From positions 1 to 47,623 of the forward strand of contig NW_021834630.1 in the NCBI RefSeq assembly GCF_006345805.1: a DNA stretch of 47,623 nt, read 5' to 3'. The notes below the pieces were generated by a model. That model made no database searches. It saw nothing but the letters and a program-made list of their open reading frames with translations, and was not told the DNA's origin. Made by a program: the position numbers and the translations under genes. Positions 12,187 through 23,831 of this stretch are shown here, piece after piece. The first letter of the stretch is position 1, and each line of letters opens with the position of its first letter. This DNA comes from Octopus sinensis (Eukaryota).

Positions 12187-12989
12187 AAAGAAAGTCCTTC
12201 CCTCGAGACTATGGTAGAAGGTGTCCAAGGTATCGCGCAATGGGACTGAACCCGAAACCACATAATTGCAAACAGAGCTTCTTAAACACACACATGCCTG
12301 CACCTTTTGTACATATTGTGAGTCAGTCTGTGTGTGTGTGCATGTGTGTGTGTGTTGTGTGTGTGTGTGTGTGTGTGTGTCCATCATATTGTATGTTTAG
12401 GACATTGTCCAATATGGTTTCTTATTAAAAAGTCAGGGTCGTAATTTGAGATAACGTGACTGCTATTTTTAGCATGTCTAGTGACTGCTTAGAGATTTAC
12501 CCCCCGCCCCACCTTCTTCCCGCTTTCTCCCGCCCTCATCGGCTACTGCTGCTGCTGCTGCTGCTGCTGCTGTAAGCTCTCAATGGAGCATACGTCATGT
12601 GATGCAGGTAGCGTGGGTGTGACGTAGAAAGGTGAGGTGAACCAGCGTTTAACAAACAATACAATTGTTTGTTTGCGCAAATGTAAACGTGTGTGTGTGT
12701 GCGCGCGTGTGTGTGCGCGTGTGTGTGCGTGCGTATGTGTGTGTGTGTGTGTGTGTGTGTGGTGTGGCTCTCGACGTCAGCTTAGTCGTCACAAAAGACC
12801 ATTCTCATAAGACTAGTTCTAGTTTGTATGTCAAAGCACGATTGACGGGCATGACTCGGAAAGAATTTCTGCGTGGAACCTTATAAAGGTTATTTAGTGA
12901 TTGGAGAAGGTGATCTGTTTTCTCTTGAATGAGTAGCTGTGTGTGGGTTGTAGTGTTGGTGTGGTGATTGTGTCTGTGTGGGTGTGTGG

Positions 12990-14250
12990 GTGAGTGTATG
13001 TGCTGTAGTAGGGTAGTATATATGTGTAGCAGGGTAGTATGTGCGTGTAGTAGGGTAGTTGTGTGTATGTGCTGTAGTAGGGTAGTATATATGTGTAGCA
13101 GGGTAGTATGTGTGCGTAGTAGGGTAGTTGTGTGTGGGTGTGTTAGTTACAGTACTGTGGTGCGTTTAACTGTAGTGGTTTACGTAGTAGTTGTATAGGC
13201 CGTGTGTTGTAGAAGCTATGGTGGTTTAGGATGTAGTTGTATAGTGTGTGTATGTACTGTGGTAGTGTAGTATGTGTGTGTGTTTGGGCCATAGTAGTTG
13301 TGTGTGGGTGTGTTAGCTATAGTACTGTGGTGCGTTTAACTGTAGTGGTTTACGTAGTAGTTGTATGGGCTGTGTGTTGTAGAAGCCATGGTAGTTTAGG
13401 ATGTAGTTGTGTAGTGCATGTGCATGTGCTGTTGTAGTGTAGTATGTGTGTGTGTGTTTGGACTATAGTAGTTGTGTGTGAGTGTGTTAGCTATAGTACT
13501 GTGGTGCGTTTAACTGTAGTGGTTTACGTAGTAGTTGTATGGGCTGTGTTGTAGAAGCCATGGTGGTTTAGGATGTAGTTGTATAGTGTGTGTATGTGCT
13601 GTAGTAGTGTAGTATGTGTGTGTGTTTGGGCTATAGTAGTTGTGTGTGGGTGTGTTAGCTATAGTACTGTGGTGCGTTTAACTGTAGTGGTTTACGTAGT
13701 AGTTGTATGGTCTGTGTGTTGTAGAAGCCATGGTGGTTTAGGATGTAGTTGTGTAGTGCGTGTGCATGTGCTGTTGTGTGTGTGTGTGTGTGTTTGGGCC
13801 ATAGTAGTTGTGTGTGGGTGTGTTAGCTATAGTACTGTGGTGCGTTTAACTGTAGTGGTTGGCGTAGTCTGTTGTTTAGGTAGTAGTTGTATGGTCTGTG
13901 TGTTGTAGAAGCCACGGTGGTTTAGGATGTAGTTGTGTAGTGTGTGTATGCGCTGTAGTAGTATAGTATGCGTGTGTGTGTGTTTGGGCTATAGTAGTTG
14001 TGTGTGGGTGTGTTAGCTATAGTACTGTGGTGCGTTTAACTGTAGTGGTTTACGTAGTAGTTGTATGGTGTGTGTGTGTATGTGCTGTGGTAGTGTAGTA
14101 TGTGTGTTTGGCCATAGTAGTTGTGTGTGGGTGTGTTAGCTATAGTACTGTGGTGCATTTAACTGTAGTGGTTGGCGTAGTCTGTTGTTTAGGTAGTAGT
14201 TGTATGGTCTGTGTGTTGTAGAAGCCGTGGTGGTTTAGGATGTAGTTGTG
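12990..14250. repeat. G/T-skewed minisatellite, ~170-bp unit x7, preceded by shorter subunits
   Basis: GTAGTTGTGTGTGRGTGTGTTAG starts at 13124, 13294, 13468, 13636, 13804, 13994, 14117. Confidence 0.9.
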
Positions 14251-14339
14251 TGGTGTGTGTGTGTGTGTGATGTAGTGGTTGTAATACATTGCCTGTTGTG
14301 TGTGTGTGTGGGGGGTTAGATCTAGTGGAATGATAGCTT

Positions 14340-14715
14340 TATCTTTTTATCTTTTACATGTTTCACTCTTTAGACTGTGGCCATACTGGGGCACCGCCTT
14401 GAAGAATTTTTTGTACTTTTTTTCTTTTTAAGCTTGGTACTTTTCTATCAGTCTCTTTTACCAAAAGAATAAGTTACGGGGATGCAAGCAAACCAATACC
14501 GGTTGTCAAGCGGTGATGAGGAACGAGCATCTACACACATATAGACAGACAGACACACACACACACACACACACACACAGAAGCACACACGCACACGACG
14601 GGCTTCTTTTCAGTTTCCGTCAACCATATGCACCCACAAAGCTCTGACTGATTCTGAGCTATGGTAGAAAACTTTTGTCCAGGGTGCCATGCAGTGGGAC
14701 TGAACCTGGAACCAT
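14340..14715 (-). mobile_element. Diverged SINE family A
   Basis: GACTGTGGCCATACTGGGGCACCGCC...GCAGTGGGACTGAACCTGGAACCATG. Confidence 0.75.
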
Positions 14716-14839
14716 GTTAGAATTCAATATACTTTTGCTTCAAAGTAAAGTGTCAAGCAGGTACAGTGCATAATATTAATTAATAAATGAGAAAATAACA
14801 AGAGTTACGTAACCATCTTCATTTTCGACACTCCCAGGG

Positions 14840-15000
14840 AAAGGCAAAGGCCGATACAGCTCCGCTCCAGTGACGTCGCAACTCATTTCTACAGCTGAGT
14901 GAACTGGAGCAGCGTGAAATAAAGTGTCTTGCTCAAGAACACAACAAAGAGCCCAGTGCGAGAATCAAACTCATTACCTCATGATTGTGAGCCCGACAGG
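14840..15000 (-). mobile_element. SINE fragment (middle 2, tail Z)
   Basis: CAGCTGAGTGAACTGGAGCAGCGTGAAATAAAGTGTCTTGCTCAAG plus a distinct tail GGCCGATACAGCTCCGCTCCAGTGACGTCGC. Confidence 0.6.
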
Positions 15001-15002
15001 TT

Positions 15003-15603
15003 TCTTATTTCTTTATTGCCCACAAGGGGCTAAAATAGAGGGGACGAACAATGACAGACAAACGGATTAAGTCGATTGTATCGACCCCGGTGCGTAACTG
15101 GTACTTAAATTATCGACTCCGAAAGGATGAAAGGCAAAGTCAACCTCGGTGGAATTTGAACTCAGAACGTAACTGCAGACGAAATACCTATTTCTTTACT
15201 ACGCACAAGGGGCTAAACACAGAGAGGACAAACAAGGACAGACAAGCGGATTAAGTCGATCATTTCGACACCAGTGCATAACTGGTACTTAATTTATCGA
15301 CCCAGAAAGGATGAAAGGCAAAGTCGACCTCGGTGGAATTTGAACTCAGAACGTAGCGGCAGACGAAATACCTATTTCTTTACTACCCACAAGGGGCTAA
15401 ACCAGAGAGGACAAACAAGGACAGACAAAGGGATAAAGTCGATTATATCGACCCCAGTGCGTAACTGGTACTTATTTAATCGACCCCGAAAGGATGAAAG
15501 GCAAAGTCGACCTCGGCGGAATTTGAACTCAAAACGTAGCGACAGACGAAATACTGCTGAGCATTTCGCCTGGCGTGCTAACGTTTCTGCCAGCTCGCCG
15601 CCT
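15003..15603 (-). mobile_element. SINE B trimer (head plus three 184-bp units)
   Basis: Junction GAAATACC|TATTTCTTTAC at ~15188 and ~15372. Confidence 0.9.
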
Positions 15604-16149
15604 TCAGGTTTCTACACAGTCTTTGTGTAGCAAACTCACTCACACGGCATTGGTCGACCTGGGGCTGTGAGAGAAAACACTTGCTCAAGATGCCGCGCAG
15701 TAGGACTGAACCTAAAATCACACGGTTGCAAAGCTAGCTTCTTAAACACAGCCATGCCTGCGTCTTATATTTATTCTTATTTTGTTGTTGTTAACACTAC
15801 TGTTGATGTTAGTATTGGTTGTTGTTGTCGTTGTTCTTCTCCTTGTTGTTCTTGTTGTTGTTGAATATGTGGTTTTTCTGTTGGTGCCGTTTTCTCTCTC
15901 TCATCTCATTACTGTGTTGGACCACAAGATCGATTTATGCTCTCAAGAATTAACACCTACACATTTGTTATTAATATTTATTCGAAAAATCTTCGGAAAA
16001 GTCAATTCTTCGCTTTGATAAACAAAATATTCAAGGCAGAAATATCTTTAACTGTTACGACTGTCATGGCGCCTTCCCTGCTTTAAACTTTAGACAGGTT
16101 GATATTTTTTAATAAAAACTTTTGTCTGCTGACTATAGACGACGTGGAA

Positions 16150-16978
16150 AATGACTTTCTCTTCTTCAGTGAGAAAAAACCCGTGGAAAGCGATGGAAAC
16201 GTGCTACAGAAGATGAAAAACCTGGCCTCGCGCTGCTGTATGACGATTTGAAAAGGAAATGCCATTATATGCAACGACATATCCGCCGATACGAGCGTCG
16301 AAAGGAGAGTAAAAGGACTCGGGGCAGTTTCTGCAGGACCCGTACGGGTTTACTAAGAAGCTGTTCACTGAGCCGAAGAGTGGTTCTTTATCGTGCAAGA
16401 AAGAAGACTTGGACGCTCAATGTCAAAGAAACCTACAGCGATCCGCACCGTAACCAACCACTGCCACATCTACATGGGCTAAATCATCTCTTAGGACCTG
16501 ATATTGAATTCCAAATTGGGGACATCAGGGAGAGAGAGGTGAATGATTTCGTAAGAAAAGCGAGAGCAAAGAGTGCCCCAGGAGGTGATGGCGTCTCATA
16601 AAAAGTTTATAAATATTGCAATCGTCTGCGAAAGAAGCTCTTTCTCCTACACCGACAGCTGTGAAGCGAAGAGACTCTAGTAAAAGATTGGTGTCCTGCC
16701 GAAGGAGACCAGTGCAGAGACTATAAAACAGTTTAGGCTGATATCCTTATTGAATGTGGAAGGCAAGATCTTTATGGGAATTCTGTCGAGGAGAACAGTG
16801 ACATATTTACAGAGTAATGGATATGTTGATGAATCTGTTCAAAAGGCCGGAATCCCTGGGATCCCTGGATGCGTTTGATGCGATGCATTCAACAAGGACA
16901 GATGAGGAGATAGAAAGAACATGTTGTTGAGAGGAAAATAAGTTGGGATGAGATTTGGAAGTGGACCACATCTCGAGG
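16150..16978 (+). mobile_element. Decayed HERO-clade (RLE-type) non-LTR retrotransposon ORF fragment
   Basis: Frameshifted RWKRATEDEKPGLALLYDDL...DPYGFTKKLFTEPKSGSL...KETYSD...VRKARAKSAPGGDGVS...FRLISLLNVEGKIFMGILSRR..YLQSNGYVDESVQKAGIPGIPGC, then a jump to C-terminal QQGQ...ERKISWDEIWKW; matches recalled HERO motifs. Confidence 0.75.
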
Positions 16979-17460
16979 AAAAATTAACCTAACCATATCA
17001 TGGATCATAAATCATACAATATGATCCCACATTCTTGGATTATGGAATGTATGAACCTATTTGGTATTGCATCGAATGTTGAGCGATTACTTGGAAAAAT
17101 TATGGCGAAAAGAAGGACGGAACTGACAGCATATGAAAGAACTTTAGGGACAACAGAAATCAGGAAAGGCATCTTCCAAGGGGACTGTCTGTCCACACTG
17201 ATCTTTGTACTAACACTCATTCTGAGGAAAGCAAAAAGCCGCCAACAAAAAGTCAACCATTTGTTATACATGGATGACCTCAAACTTTATGATAAAGATG
17301 AAGCCCAAGTCCGTTGATACGGTGTATACCTTCAGTGCTGATATCAGAATGGAGTTCGGACTGAGAAAGTGTGGTGTGTTAGTCTTGAAGAGAGGCAAAA
17401 TCAAATGTATGGACGGGCTAGCGATACCGTCAGGGGAGGTTCTGAAGCATATATAAGAAA
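16979..17460 (+). mobile_element. Decayed R4/Dong-clade RT fragment
   Basis: KINLTISW..KSYNMIPHSWIMEC...RKGIFQGDCLS...KVNHLLYMDDLKLY...FSADIRMEFGLRKCGVLVLKRGK; RT domains 3-7 with YMDD. Confidence 0.75.
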
Positions 17461-17759
17461 CCAATATGATTATAATTATTGAAGGCAGCGAGCTGGCTGG
17501 ATGGTTACCACGCCTGGGAGAAATGTATACCCGCATATCGTCCACATTTTCGCTCTGAGTTCAAACTTCGCCGAGGTTCAGCTGAGCATTGGGGATGATG
17601 TAATCGACTTATCCTCTCCCTGAAATTGCTGGCCTTGTGCAAAAATTTGAAACCAATGTTAATAACAGCAGCAGCAGCATTAACAATCATTATAATAATA
17701 AAAGAATAATAGGTTTAATGATTAAAGAAAGTGTTTATTACCAATACTAAAACTACCAA

Positions 17760-17929
17760 TAAATAATAGACAAAATTATAAAAAATTGATATTAATAACG
17801 ATGTTTATAATAATAATAATAATAATAATTATTATTATTATTATTATTAACATTGCCCCTCCACCGCCTCCACTATCACCACCGTCACCACCATCACTGT
17901 TATAAGCATTACTACAAAAAATGGTGGTG

Positions 17930-17961
<32 letters not shown>

Positions 17962-18005
17962 GATGATGATGGTGATGGTGATGATGATGATGATGATGGT
18001 GGTGG

Positions 18006-18063
<58 letters not shown>

Positions 18064-18243
18064 GATGATGACGATGATGTCGACGACGTCGAAGATAATA
18101 ATGTTGATGGTGGTGGTGGTGGTGGTGGTGGTGGTGATGGTGGTGGTGGTGGTGATGGTGGTGGCGGCGGCGGCGGCGGTGATGATAATGATGGTAATAG
18201 TAATAATAATATAATAATAATAATATAATAATAATAATAATAA

Positions 18244-18274
<31 letters not shown>

Positions 18275-18420
18275 AAGAAGAAGAAGAAGAAGAAGAAGAA
18301 GAAGATGATGATGAAGAAGATGATGAAGAAGAAGAAGAAGAAGAAGCAGAATGACAATAACAACAAGAACAACAACAGCAACAACAATAGCAATAGCAGT
18401 AACAGCATTTGTATTGATGA
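17760..18420. repeat. Compound trinucleotide array (TAA, CAC, GAT, GGT, GGC, TAA, GAA, CAA, CAG)
   Basis: Directly visible; source of the homopolymeric ORFs. Confidence 0.9.
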
Positions 18421-19039
18421 TAATACTAAAAAACTATACTAACTTGATAACCAATAATAAATCAATAAATAATAAATAAATAAATAAATAAATGTAATAA
18501 ATTATGAAATAAGTAGATAATAAATACATAGAGGGGATAGTGATGGGGTTTTTTTTTTGGCGTGGTGGGGTGAAAGGGGGGCGTGTGGGTGGTAGTGTTC
18601 GATAGATGTGTTTATTAGAATCATCTTTCATCTTTTTTTTGGATATGAAAGAGAGAAGAAAAACTTGAAATAATAAAAACAGATCAAAGTATTACCTTAT
18701 AGATCTAAACGATTTTTGTAAAGTGGATAATGAGGAGAGAGAAGAGAGAAGAGAGGAGAGAGGAGAGAAAGAAGAAAGGAAGGAAGAGAGGGAGAGAAAA
18801 AGAGAAGTGTGTGTGTGTATACGTGTGTGTGTGTGTGTTAAATGAGCAAAAGACGTTAAGATTGTTGTTCCTTTCTGTAGGATTCACACACACACACACA
18901 CACACATACACACATACACACACACATACACACACACATACACACATACACACACACACGCACACACACGCACACAGTCGTACGTGTGTATTGATGTATG
19001 TATGTATGTATGTATGTATGTATTTATGTATACCGTATA

Positions 19040-19306
19040 TATGTATGTATGCAGATATAGTTTATATGTGTGTGTATGGACATGTATGTATGTTTCCATG
19101 TATGTATAAATAACTGTATGTATGCATATATATCTATATATATGTATGTATCTCTATATGTATGTGTGTGTGTATATATATATATATGTGTGTGTGTGTG
19201 CGTGTGTGTGTATGGACATGTATGTTTCCATGTATGTATAAATAACTGTATGTATGCATATATATCTATATATATGTATGTATCTCTATATGTATGTGTG
19301 TGTGTG

Positions 19307-19339
<33 letters not shown>

Positions 19340-19853
19340 GTGTGTATGGACATGTATGTTTTCATGTATGTATAAATAACTGTATGTATGCATATATATC
19401 TATAGATATGCATGTATCTCTATATGTATGTGTGTGTATATATATGTATGTGTGTTGTGTGTGTGTGTGTGTGGTGTGTGTGTGCGTGTGTGTGTATGGA
19501 CATGTATGTTTCCATGTATGTATAAATAACTGTATGTATGCATATATATCTATAGATATGCATGTATCTCTATATGTATGTGTGTGTATATATATATGTA
19601 TGTGTGTGTGTGTGTGTGTGTGTGTATGGACATGTATGTTTCCATGTATGTATAAATAACTGTATGTATGCATATATATCTATATATATGTATGTATCTC
19701 TATATGTATGTGTGTGTATATATATATGTATGTGTGTATATATATATATGTATGTGTGTGTGGTGTGTGTATGGACATGTATGTTTCCATGTATGTATAA
19801 ATAACTGTATGTATGCATATATATCTATATATATGTATGTATCTCTATATGTA

Positions 19854-19900
<47 letters not shown>
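19040..19900. repeat. Minisatellite, 130-150-bp unit x6, built from microsatellite blocks
   Basis: ATGGACATGTATG starts at 19076, 19212, 19346, 19496, 19626, 19771; conserved core CCATGTATGTATAAATAACTG. Confidence 0.9.
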
Positions 19901-19921
<21 letters not shown>

Positions 19922-19956
19922 TTTGTCAGGTCGCCGGAACGAATGTGTGTGGAACG

Positions 19957-19997
<41 letters not shown>

Positions 19998-20672
19998 GTG
20001 TGTTGTGTGTGCGTGTGTGTGTATACAGATGTATGTATATGTATGCACACACACACACACACACATATATACATACATTTAATTACAAGTACGTATTTAT
20101 CTATACGTGTATGTGTGTGTGTGTGTGTGTGCGTGTATATGTGTGTGTGCGTGTATATGTGTGTGTGCGTGTATATGTGTGTGCGTGTATGTATGCATAG
20201 ATATATGCTCATGCATATAAGTACAAGCAAACAATATATATATCGATCCCTCTCTGTTTCTTTCTTTCTCTCTCACTCTCTTTTCCACTCTCTTTCTCAT
20301 TTCATTTCTCTTTAACTCACTCCCTACGGCTGTCTTGGTTAAGAGGTTTGGTTCACAATCACGTGACTTCGAGTTTGTTTGTTCCCGTTTGCGTGACACA
20401 CATTGGTTTAGTTTTCTACATTTTCCTTGGGTTAGCCAATGCTATTAGAGAGAGAAATTTAATAGAGAAATCCTGTCTCGTGTGAGCCGCGCTTTTGGCT
20501 AAGATTAAAGTGCAAATACCTGTTTTTATTCGCTTAATATATGATACGGTCTCTGTGTGACACCTTAGCTAAGTGTTTTCCACTGCCGACCAATTCTTGA
20601 AAGTGAATTTGGATGACAGAAACTGTGCGGAAGCCCGCTATTTATGTATGAATGTATGTATGTATGTATGTC

Positions 20673-21418
20673 CTTATACCTCTTTTTTGGTTTATGTGGA
20701 GGTCGTTCTCCTTTAGCTAACTCTCCATAAAAGAATTGTTTTGGCATCCTTGAATCCTTCATCCTGACCAGATGACCACTCCATCTGAGCCTTTGCTTTA
20801 ACACAAGAGCTTCTATACTTTCACACCAAGAGCCTTCCAATGTTTCAAGATCACGATCCTTAAGAGATGCTTCCATCTCTCCTGACACATGGGAAGGCAT
20901 AGCTATTGATAGTAGCAGTTGGAGAAGGATTGTGCACGAGGGGACAGCCACTTTTGAGAAATCTCGAGTTGCACATGAGAAAGTAAGGAGGGATGTCAGG
21001 AAGGGCATCGCTGTTACACTTCCAGATGGGAAGGGTCTTCCTTTGATGCTGACATGCAATGTCTGTGCAAGACCCTGCCTCAGTAAAGCTGGACTCAAGA
21101 GTCATCTTCGTAGTCATAAAGCGAGACAGATGAGTGACAACCTGGCCACTTGTGGTGGTGTAACACACCATACTAATCATACCTGTCGGGCATGTGGAAG
21201 AGAGTGTAATTCGGCAGGAGGACTTAAACGACATGCAAAGGTACATGAAGCTCAGTTACAACTACAGCCGGCTATTACTGGCAAAGGTTTTTGTTGCCAA
21301 TACTGTACAAGACATTGTAGATCTTTAGCTGGGCTAAAAAGTCACATTCGATCACAGCACCAGTAACAGTTAAGCTTCGTGCAATAGCCATACTCGATAA
21401 CGAGGGTGCAGCCATAAT
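20673..21418 (+). mobile_element. 5'-truncated, 5'-inverted RTE (BovB-like) LINE with three C-terminal C2H2 fingers; 22-bp TSD
   Basis: - strand 20673-~20850: SIEALVLKQRLRWSGHLVRMKDSRMPKQFFYGELAKGERPPHKPKKRYKD. + strand from ~20851: LRDASISPDTWEGIAIDSSSWRRIVHEG...three CX2CX12HX3-4H fingers, stop at 21366. TSD AATGTATGTATGTATGTATGTC at 20651-20672 and 21419-21440. Confidence 0.85.
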
Positions 21419-21448
21419 AATGTATGTATGTATGTATGTCTATATATC

Positions 21449-21702
21449 TGTGCACACCTTTCAATGTAATGCATTGCAGAAGGTTTTCAAATCTAACATA
21501 GGATTCAAAAGTGATTTTAAGATCCACAAAGATCAGAACTTATCTGCAGCTCTTGGTGGTCCAAATTGGAGGTGCAATCGATGTGGGTGTATTTTCAAGA
21601 CATTTTGTGGTTTAAAAAGGCACATCAGATACCATGATGGTTTTAAGGTGTAGGTATAGTTGGTGGTCAAACTCTGCATAAGGAGTCGAACACCATCACC
21701 AC
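21449..21702 (+). mobile_element. 3' end of a second finger-bearing LINE, probably RTE
   Basis: FQCNALQKVFKSNIGFKSDFKIH (decayed finger) and CNRCGCIFKTFCGLKRHIRYH (intact finger), stop, short 3' UTR, then (TATG)n. Confidence 0.6.
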
Positions 21703-22112
21703 GTATGTATGTATGTATGTATGTATGTATGTATGTATGTATGTATGTATGCGTGCATGCATGTATGTATGCATGCATGCATGTATGTATGTATGTATGT
21801 ATGTATGCATGCATGTATGTATGCATGCATGCATGCATGTATGTATGTATGTATGTATTTATGTATGTATATTTGTATGTATGTATGTATGCATGCATGC
21901 ATGTATGTATGTATGCGTGCATGCATGTATGTATGTATGCATGTATGCATGTATGTATGTGTGTGAATGTATGTATGCATGCATGTATGTATGTATGTGT
22001 ATGTATGTATGTATGTATGTGTGTGTGTGCATGCATGCATGCATGTATGCATGTATGTATGTATGTATGTATGCGTGTATGTATGTGTATGCACGTACAT
22101 ACGTATATATAT
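21703..22112. repeat. (TATG)n/(CATG)n microsatellite
   Basis: Directly visible. Confidence 0.95.
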
Positions 22113-22340
22113 GTAGGTGTGTCTTTGTGTCCGTGTTTAGTCGAAGAAATCGATCCCAATATTTATCATCATCATCGTCATCATCATCATCATCATCTCA
22201 TCATCATCATCATCATCAATTTAATACATGCTAATTTATTGAGCAAGAACCTGTAATTTTTATTCCCTACCACAGTTCGTGCTCTTGCCATTTTCCCACA
22301 CTCGGTTAACGCCCCAATGCACTACTTTACTTATATGGAA

Positions 22341-22719
22341 GCACTCCGTCGGTTACGACGATGAGTGTTCCGGTTGATCCGAATCAACGGAACAGCCTGC
22401 TCGTGAAATTAACGTGTAAGTGGCTGAGTACTCCACAGACACGTGTACCCTTAACGTAGTTCTAGGGGGATATTCAGCGTGACACAGAGAGTGACAAGGC
22501 CGGCCCTTTAAAAAACAGGTACAACAGAAACAGGAAGTAAGAGTGAGAGAAAGTTTTGGTGAAAGAGTACAACAGGGATCACCACCATCTCCTGCCGGAG
22601 CCTCGTGGAGCTTTAGGTGTTTTCGCTCAATAAACACTCACAATGCCCGGTCTGGGAATCGAAACCGCGATCCTACGACCGCGAGTCCGCTGCCCTAACC
22701 ACTGGGCCATTGCGCCTCC
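22341..22719 (-). mobile_element. SINE family C (middle 1, tail Y)
   Basis: Reverse complement of the 46768-47143 copy. Confidence 0.85.
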
Positions 22720-22842
22720 TCTTTACCTACACGGTCGTGTCTTCATTTACACTCTCTTTATGTTAGTTACTGCACTTTCATCGCCTTTCCTGCAGGTACC
22801 ATATTCTCTGTCATTAATCATCATTATCATTATTGAAACAGC

Positions 22843-23390
22843 GAGCCGGCAGAATCGTTTGCACGCCGGACGAAATGCTTAGCGGTAATTTCGTCTGCCG
22901 TTACGTTCTGAGTTCAAGTTCCGCCGAGGTCCACTTTGCCTGTCATCCTTTCGGGGTCGATTAAATAAGTACCAGTTATGCACTGCGGTCGATATAATCG
23001 ACTTAATTCGTTTGTCTGTCCTTGTTTGTCCTCTCTGAGTTTAGCCCCTTGTGGGTAGTAAAGAAATAGGTATTTCGTCTGCCGCTACGTTTTCAGTTCA
23101 AATTCCACCGAGGTCGACTTTGCCTTTCATTCTTTCGGGGTCGATTAAATAAGTACCAATTACGCACTGCGGTCGATATAATCGACTTAATTCGTTTGTC
23201 TGTCCTTGTTTGTCCCCTCTCTGTTTAGCCCCTTGTGGGTAGTAAAGAAATAGGTATTTCGTCTGCCGCTACGTTTTCAGTTCAAATTCCGCCGAGGTCG
23301 TCTTTGCCATTCATCCTTTCGGGGTCGATAAATTTAGTATCAGTTGCGCGCGGAGATCGTTCTAATCGACTGACGTCCTCCCCCAAGATT
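22843..23390 (+). mobile_element. SINE B trimer ending in an alternative tail
   Basis: AAAGAAATA|GGTATTTCG junctions at 23069 and 23253 (period 184). Confidence 0.9.
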
Positions 23391-23822
23391 TCTGTGGCTG
23401 AAGAGGAGATAATCACTCCAAAACGCTTGCATCTCACAATCTGGGTAGGCGGCACTGCGAGCCGATCTAGGTATATTTACACCATTTGTCTACAACGAGA
23501 AATTTTCATCGTAACAAAACACAGTGAATGGCTTGTTTACGAGTTCGAACGTGTCACTAGCATATTCAAACTGATAAACATTGCATTATTGTACTGTACT
23601 TAACCTTGACGTTCAAGAGTTAAATCATTGTTGTTTATTGCCTTTGTTATTTCCTCGATACTGAATTCTATTCCCACTCTGTGTCTTATGATGTATATTG
23701 ATGTTGTGTCGGTGTATTATGTTGTTACGTTGTGTTGGTGTATAATGTACGAGTGTGATCTGGGTTTTTATTAGGTTGACAGTTTCAGTTGTCTAATTTG
23801 TTTTACATTTTTTTTAATGCAG

Positions 23823-23831
23823 TCTCGTGAG
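23823..23831 (+). other. Candidate 9-nt microexon TCTCGTGAG
   Basis: CTAAT branch-like motif ~23793, T-tract, TAATGCAG acceptor, GAG|GTATGG donor. Confidence 0.25.

Noticed and set aside
18696-18712. Second possible 9-nt microexon (ATCTATAAG, - strand)
   Set aside because: The acceptor is preceded by an A-rich stretch and lacks supporting motifs.
20932-21653. Host C2H2-ZNF gene
   Set aside because: The first finger set is in frame with RTE C-terminal motifs, inside a TSD, with no TGEKP linkers; the second set is a similar fragment.
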